A program made the translations under genes and the position numbers. Source: Nemertoderma westbladi (Eukaryota > Animalia > Xenacoelomorpha). Taken from it: a stretch of DNA of 64,000 bases. Below, one piece after another: positions 18,171 to 32,483 of the stretch (the stretch's first letter is position 1; the number at the start of each line of letters is the position of its first letter). The DNA lies in the NCBI GenBank assembly GCA_032718475.1, contig JAUCBJ010005609.1:22055-86054 (forward strand), read 5' to 3'. Under the pieces are notes generated by a model that saw only the letters and a list, made by a program, of their open reading frames with translations, searched no databases and had not been told where the DNA came from.

Positions 18171-19299
18171 TTAATAAAAATTGCATTTATAAACCTTCTC
18201 ATAAAAAATAAAATTAAAAATAAATTAAAACAAAGTAAAACTGATAATTTAAATTATAGTTAAATGAGTTGACTGGCTAACAACCAACCCCACCCCCCCC
18301 TCTCAACCCTTTAATTACCCCCCCCCCCCCCCACTTCAAATTACATATTATAATTCAAAAGTGACTGGCAACACTAGCCAAGTACTGCCGGTCACGTATT
18401 GTCTATACAAAATTAATCAGACTAACATTAAAAGATAATAAAAAGAAAAAATGCTTACTAACAGTAGGTCTACTAGTGTTAGTAAAAATGAAATGGTGAT
18501 GGTGTCCCGTTCTAATCTTAAATAAAACATACGAGCCTTCGTGGCTCAATAGATTGATTAAACCCCCACCCCCCCCCCCCCCCCCCCCCCCCGCCAGTGA
18601 TTTAAGCGCAATCTTAAATCTTGCACATTTCACCTGAAGAGCTAGAGAGAAAAATGAAATTTGAAGAGGGAAACTAAACATGAAAAAATATGGGTGACTT
18701 TAATACAGCTCAACGCATGATATAATATCTCACAAACACTAATGTTAACAATTATTTTAGAAATTGATTAACTAAAATCCAGGCAAACAAGTTATATTGA
18801 ATGTAATCATGTATGTATTTCAACAATATCATATTTATACATTATATATATTGAATATTTTCTAAGCTTCAATTAATATCCGTCTACACACTGTCCAAGA
18901 GTCCAGCAGGGTACTTTTTCATACGAATTTGAGGTCCAGTATCATTTGCTACACCTGAGTGATGTCTCTATTACCATTGAATCATTTCCAGCAAAATTGG
19001 TCAGACTGGAAGCACTGTGTAACTCACTGTCACTCAATGTAAGTTTCCACTTGGGTGATCTTATTAACTATAGTAGTATTCGACATGGAATATCCATGAT
19101 AGTTAGTTAAGGTAAGAAAATTAATCCCGCCTACAAGGGTGGGGCTCATAACATCGGATCGGATAATTATCATGTAAGTGCGAGTCTAAAGATTATTCAT
19201 GATAATTAAGTTATATTAGCACAAATACATTATGAATAAACTTCATGTTTATTAATGTTATTATGTTGTTTTAGAAGTTGCAACTGTAAATGTTATCAT

Positions 19300-20350
19300 T
19301 GACGTGCATTTCCCAAATACTTCTGCATTGAAATTCAGCCTTGCAGGTTAACTGATGGTGTCTGATAGGCTCTACAATCTCAACTTTTGGTTGGTAAAAT
19401 TAATGCTCACAAATTTTCAGCTCAATGGCATTAAATCAGACAAAGTTATAACATGTCAAAATCATAATGACAACAATGACGATTGCAAAAAATTGACCCA
19501 CCCACTAACAGTGTCAGTTCACCAAGTCCCCACCAACTTCATGGATCGACCCACTGACCCACAATAATTGCCTCGAATTTGACCAATTTTGCAGAGATCA
19601 TCCTCCTCCGAAATAATACTACCTTCCTTGGATTCATCGGATTCACTGGCGTCACTATCAATATCTCGAACTCCTAGTGCTTTCCCAGCCATCATACTCA
19701 ATCTTTGGGGTTTGTTAGGATGTTCAGTACAAGGTTTCTTTTTGATTGCTCTAATCTCGGAGGTAGCTAATAAGATGGTTATTCAGAGACTGTTGAACCT
19801 CCTCTTCCATTTGAACTCAGGGCAATTTGCAAAATGCCTGGTCTTATTAAGAGGATATTTACCAAAATTAGCATTCATTGATTCCTGAGTTGTTGTCAGT
19901 AAGAAGTCTGAGAGAGGTCACCTTTACTCATTGAATCACTCACTTAATTATCATGACTACGCCTTGTAACTTTCCTTTGATAGGTATTCATCAAGAATTG
20001 CATATCATACCTCTTGCTCTTAAGTGGGGTAAAAAAGCACACATCAAGTTGCGTCAATATATGTGTTGCATTTGGTGGCAACACAGCAAATGATATGTCA
20101 ATCTCCTCACACTTCTTTACAACCACAGGTTCACCACAAGGTGGATCACCTTCGATCCAGGTTGGGTAAAGACATTAATGCAGTCTTGGAGATAACAAAT
20201 GGTGGAATTATAGTTCCGTCAGCAGCACCACAGCACATAACACTAAATTTTATTTTGGAAGAGTGGGTGATCCATAGGGATACTTCACTCCATGGCAAAA
20301 CATCAACCCATGATGGTTTAGGTCGAAAGCGGCACCGCTTCCATCGCAAT
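19300..20350 (-). pseudogene. pogo/Tc5-type (DDE_1) transposase remnant
   Basis: SVMCCGAADGTIIPPFVI and LPPNATHILTQLDVCFFTPLK are DDE_1 family signatures; an acidic C-terminal tail follows; outer limits approximate. Confidence 0.75.
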
Positions 20351-20664
20351 GACTAGGCACTCCAATGATGGGTCGGACCTATCACACTGACAATCCATCA
20401 TGGAACTCCAGAAGGGAAAGAGTTCGTAGTGGAGATCCGTTAAGGGGAGTGCTGATATCCAACTATCCAATCCTGTTCAATGTTAGAGAACACCTGTTTC
20501 CTACCAACCTTCTGAAATGATACTGGATTGCTTGATGATTCACTTGGATCCAATTTTCAGTACCGTGAAACTGTAGATTTGTCTACACCAGCATTAATGA
20601 TATGTTCCTCTTTGCCATACTGACGGCTTGTTGAAGATCCAAACTGATTGTCAGTAATATGTCA

Positions 20665-20870
20665 TTTTTTAACGTTAAACATACAATATATTTTGACGAT
20701 CCAAATCACTACCGTTTAAAATTAACGTTAATTTGCGTTAATTTTTAACGTTAAAAGGGCGGCCAAACTAACGTTATTTATATGTATTTTTTACGTTAAT
20801 AATTAACGTTGGCATTGTCAGAAAATAACGTATATTAATGCATTATTAACGTTAAATTGTTTGCAGGGGT
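20665..20870. repeat. Cluster of TAACGTTA palindromes (probable MITE end)
   Basis: About seven TAACGT(T) copies within 200 bp, ending in TGTTTGCAGGG. Confidence 0.45.
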
Positions 20871-21399
20871 ACTTGTACTACACTTGTACCCTGTACTGTA
20901 CCTATTCTTACACTCGAATACATTATCCCTGGAAAGGAAGCAGCTAATTGAAAGGTCAAATATGTGCCATTTGTTCTAGCTAGATAAACACAGTAATTGG
21001 CTGATATTAGATTACTTTACGGCTCGGCGGCAATATAGTACTTTTTGAAAGGTCAAATATGTGCTATGTACCAAGTACTGTGTACTGTACCTACATATTC
21101 TTGGTTGAATATACTGTATTTATCAATTAAGATTATTGCGCAGTTACAAACAGCTTTGATTGATATGAACTATTTTGTTCTTGCTAAATCACAAGTGTTT
21201 TTTTCCACTGTTTTCGATTACCAGATATGAATCTCTCTTGATAATGTGTCGGAGATGGGGTAGCTCGAAAATATGTATGTAGCAAAAATGTTTTGACATC
21301 GTGTAAATTTTGCATTTCCCACGCCAAACTTAACCTAAGCCCATTCCCTTACACGTTGAGCCCAGTTAGCCCAACCCCTGCTGCTGGCTGAAGTACCTA

Positions 21400-23700
21400 T
21401 GGTGGTAAGCATGTCATTGTACATGAGTCTTGTAAGCCTGTTGTTAGAAAGAGACAATATCCTAACCCAGAATTTTAACATCGAGAGCTTCCTCCAGAGA
21501 GCCAATGGAAGTACGCCAGATTCTCCATATACTGTAAAGTTGGGTGAGTTCGTTTAATGTCAATTATGTGCTTTAAAAAAACCTAACTGGACTCTCTACT
21601 GCTAGGGTGTCATGGAACCCCCAGATATCCGACCCGTAGTTCAAAATAGGAGGGGAAATTAAGGGCGAAAATGACATGTTTGGGAAACATGCCATGTACT
21701 TATAGAGCGAGAAAAGAGCTTTACCTGCCTTTTGAGCAAGTATACATTGTCCGCATGTGAATTTACCTGTAAAGGAGATTCCAAGATAGTTATACTGAGA
21801 TACTACTTTAACTTTGTTTCCTTTATAGTACCATTCATCACTGCTGGCTACTGCACCACCTTTCCTAAATATTACCACATTTGTCTTCATATATTCGCAA
21901 TATGCACCTTGATTATCAAAAGATTTATCAAGATCAACCCTAGAAGATGAAACCAGAATGAGATCATCCGCATACAGCAGTGAAAATAGTTTAATGTGGG
22001 TTACTAGTGTTATACCTTGCACCCCACCCAGTCGCAACTCTCCCCAGATAGACACTCTCCATGCAAAACATAGTAAGTAGTCATAGACATCTGAATTCTC
22101 ACCAGCCCATTTGACATCCTTTACCACACTAAATATTCTGCCGTGAAACCCAAACAAATCAACTTAACCCACAGAGTACTACGCTCTACACTATCGAATG
22201 CCTTTTGAAAGTCTACAAAACCACTAAACACCTTATCGCCATTCACTAATTATTGGTTTATAAGCCCACTTAAGACAAACAAATGGTCAGTGGTTCTGTA
22301 ACCAAATCTAAAACCAGCTTGAGCATATGTAATTGCATTGAAAGCCTCGGCCCACCATGCAATTCTAGAATTTAAGATGGAAGATAACTTCCCCAAACAA
22401 CTTAAAAGCGAAATACCCCTAAAGTTATTTGTACCCGAACTGTCCTTATTCTTATAAATAGGAGTCACCAGTGCCACTGACCATTGTTTGGGAAAATGAC
22501 CACTAAATATAACAGCATTGAACATGGGCGTAATTAGTGGTACTAAAGCTGATCTTCCCTCAATGAAGAATTCATTTAACAAGAGGTCCTCCCCAGGCGG
22601 GTGCCTTGTGACGTTTTAGCCTATAAATTGCGATATTAACCTTATCCTCTGTGATTGGCTGCAATAACTCATTTTCCATTAGACTTTTACTGTCTTCACA
22701 ATTAATGTAAACTGGAGGGTCTATCCCTACATCTGAAAATTCCAGTGTCATAGAACAAAGATCCTGGAAGTGTTTTTCGAAATCTTCTGCAGTTAGTGTA
22801 GTTGATGGGCTGTTCGATATTTTCCCGAAACATTTTTTAATAGAGTTCAGAATTTCTATGATTCAGTTACATTTAACATTTCTAGACGCATTTAATTTTT
22901 ATCACCGATATTACCCTTGTTAGTCCTACTCTTATTATTGGTCAAATTGTTGTGAATATCCCAGGCCAGTGTGGCACTTGGTAGGCAATGTTTCGTTGGT
23001 AACATGCTGGGCTCATCCACCTTGAATTTCACACAATTCCGTAATAATTTTACGTCCACCAACATTATTAGATCAATATTAGATTTCCCCACAACCGTTT
23101 TCGTAGCTGCATAGTAGGTGAACTTTCCATAAGGGGCGTCCTCTTCAACACATCCATTCATAATTTTCATGCCTGTCGATCAGCATAACTGTAATAAGCG
23201 TCTTCCATATGTGTTAACTACAGTGTCACAATTATTACGCGTCCTCGTTACCCCTCCCCATATAGGTAGTCTGAATCATACTCATAGTCATCTGGGAGAA
23301 TGTCATCAAGGCAGCTTGTGTCGGCCTCATCGTCTTCTATATAGTCTTTTTCTAGTCCTGTTCTAGAGTTGAGATCTCAAATGAGTATAACGTCATGTGT
23401 GTTACCCAATAGTACAATACCCTCCTCAATTTTATCAAAAATTGCAATGGTATCGGCTATCTGGGCTCTCTGTCCATCAGCCCCAACATAAACTGCACAA
23501 ATAAGGATATCTTTAATCAACACCAATTTTTTACCACCTATTTCTAACTAAACTAAGTCCTCATGTTCAGGCGCTTTAAAATGTTGTGTTGAGTTCTCTC
23601 TCAACTGCATAAATATTTTTGAAATAAACAGTTACCCCACCACTAAAGCGCCCAGCACCTGTCGATTTAGCTATCCTGTAACTGTATGTATATATTGTAG
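21400..23700 (-). pseudogene. Degenerate non-LTR retrotransposon ORF2 (endonuclease plus RT; RTE-X-like)
   Basis: NNFRGISLLSCLGKL, QAGFRFGYRTTDHLF, LLYADDLIL, YNYLGI, ILNYGSDIWGF in successive minus-strand frames; endonuclease-like FTY...SNIDL upstream. Confidence 0.85.
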
Positions 23701-25619
23701 GTTGTATACTTAAATACATACAGTGGGCCTAGCTTTCATTTATCTCTTATTAGGATTGCAATTTCATTGTTCAATCTCAAATGAGGGGAAATTCATGGAA
23801 ACTGATTCCATATTAAAGACAGTAGTCAAACTTAAAACTATAAAATCTTTATCCTCATAAAAATTGTTTTAAACAAAAATATAGCGATAATATGTATAAA
23901 AAATAATATCATAATTTCGAGAATCATGTCAAAGTGGAATGCAAAAAATTCTTATAGATTTAGAATCCTTAAAATGTATGAAAAATTTTTATAGATTTTT
24001 GATGGGATGATACAATATTATAAATATTCAATCCAGGTGAATTATACCTAATGAAGTACAGGAATGGTTACAGATCATTATTTTAATTAGTTTTAATTGG
24101 GTTTCTTTATTTATTTGGCTATAGGAACCACTTGAAGTTTATTTTGAATTTGCCTCAAATTAGGCTGAATGACTGCACCAGAGGTTATGCTGCCCAAATA
24201 TGTAAAGTATTAAATTACCTACCATTGTTTCGATCTCCCCGTTTTCGAAAAAGGTGTAGAAGTAAACATTGCAAAGGTTTTTATTTGTATATATTGGGTG
24301 GCAGATGATGATGGCTGCTCATTCAATTGCAGTGCCCTTAACAGTTAACAATATGGCCCGAAGGTTTGCTTTCACTGAGCAGCGGTTAGCAGTGCAAATA
24401 TAGACAGGTATGTGGTTTGTCTGATATGTGCTAACCATTCTGTACAAATCCAACATCTGATACTACTTTAAATGATTCTTCACTTACTAATAGTAACCAT
24501 GTCAACTTAAGATTTTTTATTACCTTTATGATAGTATGGTTGATTAACCAATTATATTGCAATTATTTCCCATTAAGCCATTTTCATTAGTATAGTGTTC
24601 TACATTTGTGTTGTAGTTCCATGACAGGGATGGAAGACAATTGTTCAATAAAGGCAATTCCAAGTAACAAACAACAATTTCCAGCTATACCTACTATAAT
24701 ATCAGCAGCTTATTCAAGCATTTTATCTACACAATGGTTTAGCACAACGGTCAGTATAATATTGAATGTCATTTTCTAAGCTACGTTATAGCAACTTCCT
24801 ATCTTAAAGTGGGTGAAATCAGTTGAGTGGGTCGATAATTGCATTATTTGTCCAATATTTTTATAACTTTACAAAAGTTGCATTTAGGTAATCAACTTAC
24901 ATGAAAAAATTTAGGGACCCGTGGGTCATTGGAACATGCGGTTCCAGGTTTCTGAATATTGGCCCTTCTAAACGCTATAATGTGGACTTATACATACTTA
25001 ACCTGCATTTTGGAAATGACCAACTTATTATATTCCTATTGTGCTCCTGATGTTATGCTCAGCTCATTCGAACCACCATCATCAATTGAGTGGGTTTTGA
25101 CACCATCAAAGCAAAGAGAAGAGTAATTAGTTCTCGAGATATTCCACAGAATGTGTAGGCATGCTAAATACAAAATTAAAAAGTCAAATTCAACATCAAT
25201 TCCGTATTAGCAATTACCTAAAAACAATACTTCCAATGATCTTAATTAATCAAGAATAGGCGGCTTCGCCTATTATAAAAATAAAATTTTGCAACTTTTT
25301 TGAAATTGGTAAAATTCTAGAACTAGAAAATATTAATTTTTGAACAGCGATGTTTGGGGTTTCGAAACATGAATAGGCTGGAAGAGGACATTGAATTAAG
25401 TTGAAAAATAAAAACCCCATCGAATTTGGACCAAGCGTTCCGGAGTTATAGCGGATTGAAAAAAATTTCGAATGTCCGAGCGAATAAACCATTTTGAATG
25501 CCCCAGTGCTACTTCTACTACTAGGATCGGCATGCTCCATTGCAGCTGCATTTTAAGAATGCTGTGCCGGCTTGTCGACAAAATTGCGCCGCCACAACTC
25601 CCTATCACCCATGACATTT

Positions 25620-25960
25620 GCTAGATCATCCGCATCTTCAAGGCCAGTGTCCTTTAAGATGCGTCTCAAGAATGTCATGGGCTGTCCACCATGCATATTC
25701 ACTCCATGCGGCTGCCAAAGCAAAAGATTATGTACTGGCTAGTCCTCACGGCGAAAGCAATGTCCTGGCAAGCGGAGGCGGCTTTGTTCTAGTGTCAAGC
25801 TTGGGGGAAACAATGAGACACCTCCAATGCTATGTAGTGTCTGGTTGGAGATGTGTGCATTGTAATTGACATAGTGAACCCGGCGTAGCATTCTTGTGAA
25901 TGTGCCATCCAGAGATTTAGTGTCCTCAGTGCAGTGAACTGATAAAGAACTGAGAAGACT
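25620..25960 (-). pseudogene. 3' fragment of an RTE LINE
   Basis: SLDGTFTRMLRR...HISN..L...RLRLPGHCFR parallels RIDGCYTRLLRA...HVTN...RLRFSGHCWR of the RTE at 30672/36088. Confidence 0.75.
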
Positions 25961-26176
25961 AATCAATTAACTGAGAAGACTAATCAGCTAATTTTTACAT
26001 TTCAAACTGAAATGTTAGCTTATGGAGAATCATATGAGAGTGAGTAAACAACATACAGCCTTATAATCTTGGCAAGGTAACTCATCTCCACAGTAATGTT
26101 GGCGCAAAGATTTCTAAATACAAATATCAGCCGCTTTCCGTAAATGCATTATAGAGACGCAACACATGCAGCTTGG

Positions 26177-26413
26177 TGTTAGACAGGGGTAATTACCGCG
26201 GTCGAGGGTGGGGTGTGTTTATCAGGGGCTATAAGAGGAAGGTACTGTGGTGTAGTCGCCAAGTATACCGTCTGTAGTGTACGTTCGATTGTCTTGTCGT
26301 AGCGTTGGGGGGTCTCAACTGGTACTACTGGTACCAGCATATAGTCGCACAGATAAAGCACTTTACTATTGCTATAGTTAAATAAATTGTATATTGTAGT
26401 GGCGAATCTAACA
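26177..26413 (+). mobile_element. Probable solo LTR (237 bp)
   Basis: 7-bp inverted termini TGTTAGA...TCTAACA, internal TATAA (~26230) and AATAAA (26381), higher GC than flanks; flanks CTTGG/CTAGC match only 3 of 5. Confidence 0.5.
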
Positions 26414-26959
26414 CTAGCACTGCAGGGGTCACCGAGAAGGGTTTTACTAGCGTTTCTTATTTTCTATTTATTCAGTTTTTACTGAAAGACCGCCCACGAC
26501 TTCAATAAGGATTGACTTTATGCACAATATCACGACTTTCTCATGCATTTGCAATCGATGCAATTTTTACAACGACAAAATGTATTCCTGCGGTTCCGAA
26601 ATACTGAACGCTAAATGTTGAACAAATGTATGCTGAACTATAATAAAAAAATAATAAATAATAAATAATTTATAAATAATAATAAATAATAAATTAATAA
26701 ATGCTGAACATTAAATGTTATTTGTGTTTTATCATTTTAAATATACTAGAAGAGGCTAATTCTGTGTTAAAATGACTGGCCGGCCGGTGTATTGAAATAT
26801 TGGGATTATTAATCTACATACAACATGTCGTAGTATAATATTAGTAAATGTTTTATGATACAGATATGCAGCTTTTGAAATCTGCAACTGCAAGGCAAGG
26901 TCATTAATATATAATTATTACATTTTGATATACAGAACAGAAATCATTACAATAATCTT

Positions 26960-27027
26960 AGTTCATAAAGTTCAAAGTTCAATCAGAAGTGCTATATAAA
27001 TTATTTGAATTAAATGAATCTCATTTT
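26960..27027 (+). promoter_or_regulatory. Core promoter of the Cys-rich gene: AGTTCA DR3+DR1 cluster, TATA box, Inr
   Basis: AGTTCA at 26960, 26969, 26976; TATATAAA 26993-27000; TCATTT at 27021 (A at 27023, 28-30 nt from TATA); ATG at 27112. Confidence 0.55.
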
Positions 27028-27111
27028 TATATTTTGTTAGGTAATCACGATAAGAACCATCGTATTTGGTTAAACTTATAATATTATATTACCGGATAGA
27101 TTTATCCTATA

Positions 27112-27319
27112 ATGAAAATAGAGTTATTAGTTTTGTTTTGGGCATTCGTTTTGTTTACATCATTCCACTTCGTTGTATCTCGCGACTGCAATTTAGGGTC
27201 ATACTATAGAGATTCCTTAGAAAATTGTTTGTCTACAGAAATATGCAAGGCGACCGGAGACCAAGTGCAATGTTTGGCTCAGATGGGGAAACCACACCTC
27301 AAAAAGGAATGTGCTGCTG
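27112..27319 (+). CDS. Exon 1 of a secreted four-repeat Cys-rich protein (signal peptide plus repeat 1)
   Basis: MKIELLVLFWAFVLFTSFHFVVS signal peptide, then DCNLGSYYRDSLENCLSTEIC; donor G/GTTAGT at 27320, phase 1. Confidence 0.75.
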
Positions 27320-28675
27320 GTTAGTTGTGCGTCGTGCTAACATAAAATACCAAAGTCTTAGCCTCCAGGCACTATATACTGACTGTCTGATAGTCAGAGT
27401 GTAAAGCAATTTCAAATGACCTTCATTCTCTTAACTAAAAATGTGGTAGACATGAAAATAAACCCAAACATGTACAGATTCATATAAGATGACTGTCTGA
27501 AGGACAAGTTCAATGATAAGGTAGGGGATATATTTCTGGATGTCAAATGATTGCTTATGTATGAATTACTATTCAATTAAGTAAATGTTCAGCGTTGTAG
27601 CTTTCAACTATAAAAAAGCTCTATTCATGTTGTCACAAAATTCAGTTGGAGGACTTAAAATAGCCAATAATTAGTACAATTGGAAAAATAATATTAAATA
27701 AATAACAAAATAATTATCCAAACATTTGCTTTTTAATTTGAAAATGAACTAATATTTAATGGAAATGTCTGGGATAATTATTAAATAGATTTTTAGCTCT
27801 CTATTATTATATATTATTAAGTAGAAGAACATCACCACAAGGTTGGCGTTCTACTAACTACAGTTTTAGTAACTGCTTTCATAAAGATGGACTAATCTAC
27901 GAGATCGATAGGGGGCGTTAATAAGTTGGGAATGATGGAAAGTTGTTCAACAATTGTGTTGATGACGGATCACTGTTTTGTAGTTCACCATTTTGTATGG
28001 CACTGTGTAGTATATCACTATATATGCCCAGGGCGTGAAGATATTCGCAATCTGGGTGCGTTATGGGCTTCCGTAAGTAATGTATAATATTACATCCTTT
28101 ATGTTATTAAGTGTGAAGTGAAGATGACACCCTATTCCTCATCGCCATTGGGGATGTTAATATACATACAAACGATATCGGCTCTGGTTGGTGTGACCAC
28201 AGTGCTGTCCAAGCTGCAGTGCACCAGTGGTTTTGTGGTGTGGTATGATTCCCATAAAAGGAATTATTCCGTCTACCGTGATTTCTACTTCCTTTTGCCA
28301 TTCTTGCATTCTATAAAACAACATCAATTAACATTATAAATCTATATACTGTAATTACTGTATAATATCTTAAATACATGAATTCAGTGCATGAATTACA
28401 CAGAAAGATAAATGGTGAACAAATTATAAAATAATCCATTTCAGCCCAGTTTATTAAACTTTATACTAATAAATAATTTCATCATTTAATTTATTTAAAA
28501 TAATGTAAGCTGTATTATGTATGTATATATCATGTGCTGTGTATTATGCTAGAAGTAGCAATTATGTAATGTTTCTCCTATTATTATTAGTCGAAATTAG
28601 TCATTAATTTTAAATCACTTGTTAAAGTGTACAAATTCCAATATTTCTAGTTTTTAATAATATTATTTCTTATAG

Positions 28676-28869
28676 ATGAAGTTTATGATAAAGTGCTTAG
28701 GGAATGTGTAGGCATTGATCTGTGTCTCATAGACCCCACTATATCAAAGGAATGTAAAGGGTTATTAAGTTGGCTCTATCAACCTCCATCTGGTAACAAG
28801 GGTTGTGCAAGGGACGAGTTCTACGATCGCCAGTTAGATATGTGCATTAACCATATGATGTGCTTAGAG
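28676..28869 (+). CDS. Exon 2 of the secreted Cys-rich protein
   Basis: Acceptor TTTCTTATAG (phase 1, restores GAT Asp), DEVYDKVLRECVGIDLC...GCARDEFYDRQLDMCINHMMCLE, donor GAG/GTAAGC, phase 0. Confidence 0.8.
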
Positions 28870-30671
28870 GTAAGCTGTCTATTTATATTTTATGTAAGTT
28901 CTAGAACATTTTATTTATTCTAAAAAATCTAGTAGTCTTAAAAACGTAAAATAACAATTTTAAGATGTGCATCAATTGTAGCCTTATATACTTCAAATCG
29001 ATCGACAAGAAAAAATTACATTTTCGGAGAACCCTTCGATTTCACTCTCAGCGTTTCAAAATTGATTGGTTTTGGCTATAATTTGGAATATAGGTGCCTA
29101 ATATGCTATTCTACATGACAGGACAGAAAATTTTATTTTTATTTTATTTAAATTATTATATTTATTTTATTTTTTTAATTATGTATTTAATATTAGTTAA
29201 TGCTAGTTAACAATAAAAAAACTTGGTTCCGCTTAAAACCCTGAGGCTTTATCTAGATCTGATCTAGATGCGGTGATCTAAATCTGCAACAGTTCCCATT
29301 TTCAGATAAAAAAACCTCAGTTACTTTTTTTTGGACCATTTTGGTCACGCTCACGCAAATGATTCATATGCACTGATGAACCACCCAAAATTACCAATCT
29401 AACTGAAATACATAGAAGAATATGAGTGGAAGTGGGAACACATCGGGTTAACGGCCCACATTTGCCAATTTATATGCCATTAAATTAATCGTTTACCGAG
29501 TGTCACGTATGCGACAAAAAATCGGACCACGTAATTGTTTTTTTGTATTTCTGATATCTCCAATTTATTACAAAGCTACGTTTATATGTTCACAGGAATT
29601 ATACAAATCAGGGATATTAATCGTTTAGCACCCGAATTGTAATTTTAATGGCCAAAATAAGACCGTGATCACAATCATAAAATTTGAAATTTGTCGCTTA
29701 ATTGACGATTTTTTTTTATAGCTTTTTCTATAACAAACTGTGGTTGGAGTGTATCACAAGCAGGAGGGGACCGATCATTGGTATTCGGCAATCAAATTAT
29801 CAAAGCCATCCGACCATTTATTCTCGAATGATTTACATTTTTGCATATTTTTAGTCCCGTACGTGACTTGGTCAATATGGTTGGCATTGACCCATTGTAA
29901 TAGGACAAGCAACACTACTCTAGCAATTCTTAACCCATTTTTTGTTATTTTCGCTCCATACCCTATGATATGCCTATGTAATTTCATAAGCTCGATAAAT
30001 TTCAGGCAGTTTTTTTCTATTTCATAATATTATTAATATAATTTTGTGTTTATTCAAAAATATTATTAGGTTATTTACAAATTAAAAAACCACATGGGGG
30101 GGGGGGGGGGGGGTGGGTTGTGCCCCCACCCCCCTTAATGAGTGCACTAAATGTACACAATGCAAAAACACCGCAACTGACAGACTTGAGGTGTTTTGCC
30201 ATTGTGACATTTGTTTTTGCATTGTATCGAATGTATTGACATACAGATTGTACAATGCGAAAACACCGTAAGTACAAAAAATAATCCCGAAGTCAAAATA
30301 TTAATGGAAAGCGAAAAATAATCAAGTGGAAAAATTTCCCACCCCAAATTGCGTAGGGTTATATAGTAAGTAATTAGTAATTTACGGACATTTTAAACCA
30401 ACAATCTTAAAGCAAACAGTATTTTGCGTTTTACTCGAAATTACTTTTCGTGACTTGCGGTTGTTTCCCATTGCACGGCGGATATGGGCGGCATGCAGTA
30501 CGTGTACTAATTTACTGTATAATGTATATTAAGCGTTAGTGAGGCTGAGCCCAACCAATTACTAATATTATTGGCAAAAAGTAGTCCGTTAGCTCAGCAT
30601 GTACAGTAGACATACTGTAGTCATAAAATGATAGTTCTCCTTTAGACTTTATCATATTCTTAATATTAATG

Positions 30672-32428
30672 CCCGATAAAAACCGAACAACCAACAAACG
30701 AAAACATTAACAAGGTTGAGAAAGCTAAGGACGATCTTAAATTTGCCTGCCAGGAGAAGTACATACAGGATAAAACTGAAGCAATTACAACAGCTCACAT
30801 ACAACAACAATCAAGACTTACCTGGCAAACTGTGAATGAGGTATCTGGTCGGAAAAGTTGTGCAAAGGGGCGCCTCAAAGCCGATAGTCCTGAAGAATGT
30901 GTTGGGAAGTGGAAAAATCACTTCAGCAACTTGCTTGGCAGCCACCAAACATCGAGGTCAGCCCTACAAGGAAAATATATGACAAGACACTACCAATAGA
31001 AACAGGGGACTTCACACCTGCCTAACTCCAAAGAAGCATTAAAAGCATGTCCAATAATAAAGCGAGTGGATTAGATGAAATCCCAGTGGAGGTATGGAAA
31101 ACCGGAGTGCTAAACAGACCATTATTGAATGTTTGCAACCGGATGTTAAAAGGGGAAAAGCCACCACCAATTTGGACTAAAGGTCAACTAAAGCCTCTCC
31201 CCAAGAAAGGAGACCTCGCCTTACCAACAAACTATCGTGGGATCTGTCTGCTTGTGGTAGCTGCCAAAATATACAATAAAATGATTCTATATAGGATTAG
31301 AGAAACACATAGAGAAACTACTGCGTAAGAGCGAAAATGGATTTCGACCAAGTAGATCAACAATAGCTCAGATACTTTGCACTACGGAGACTACGGAGAG
31401 GTAAAATGCTTGAAATCCTAAGGAATACCAGAAGTTTGTTGCTGGCATAGGACTGTTATATTGTGACACAGAAGCGCAGGTACTCTCACCAAATGGTGAA
31501 ACTGAGTTTTTCTCAATCCTGGCTGACGTACTGCAAGGTGACACATTAGCACCATTACTATTTGTAATTGTGTTGGATTACGCAATGAGGACGGCCACAA
31601 AGGGTGAAGATCTGGGATTCACATTTCAAGAACGCAGAAGTAGTAGATATCCGGCAACTACAGTCACAGACACAGACTTTTGCGGATGGCATCGCCCTGC
31701 TCTCTAATACGCTAGCAGATGCACAGCATCTACTAAATAAAGTGGAGAGGGCTGCTAAGGAGGTTGGATTGCATATAAATGCTACAAAGACCGAATTCAT
31801 GACCTTTAATGCTGATGGAAACTTGACAACCATTGATAATAATCAACTAAGGAAGGTCGATGACTTCCAGTACCTTGGATCATGGATAGAGAGTAGCAAA
31901 AAGGACATAGAAGTTAGGAAAGCAAAGGCTTATGTAGCTCTTCCAAAAATGGATACCATCTGGAAATCAGATCTCTCCAGGCACCTGAAGACTAAGTTCT
32001 TTCGAGCCACAGTGGAAAGTGTATTTTTATATGGGGGTGAGACCTGGATACTGACTAAATCACTTGAACAACGAATTGATGGTTGCTACACAAGACTACT
32101 AAGGGCATCCCTAAACATCAGCTGGAGACAACACGTGACAAACGCCGAGCTTTATGGTACAATACCACCTGTATCAACCACCCTCCGTGAACGCAGATTA
32201 AGATTCAGTGGGCACTGCTGGCGAAGTAAAGACGAGGTCATACCAGATCTACTTTTCTGGCAACCAACTCATGGAAAGCGTAGTCGTGGACGACCGGCCA
32301 TAACATATATAGATCAACTTGAAAGAGATACTGAACTTGGGAGAAACGAAATTGCGACAACTATGGAGAATCGGGATGCCTGGAAGGATCTCATTTCCAC
32401 TGTCTGAGTTCGCTCGACCTAGTAGTAG
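30672..32428 (+). mobile_element. 5'-truncated RTE-clade LINE, copy 1 (frameshifted RT)
   Basis: KASGLDEIP, NYRGICLL, FQYLGS, LYGGETW, RRLRFSGHCWR, GKRSRGRP; (TAG)n tail; 11-bp TSD TAATATTAATG at 30661 and 32429. Confidence 0.92.
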
Positions 32429-32483
32429 TAATATTAATGAATATGATACAAACTATGAAAACATTGTATTGTATTCCATTGTA

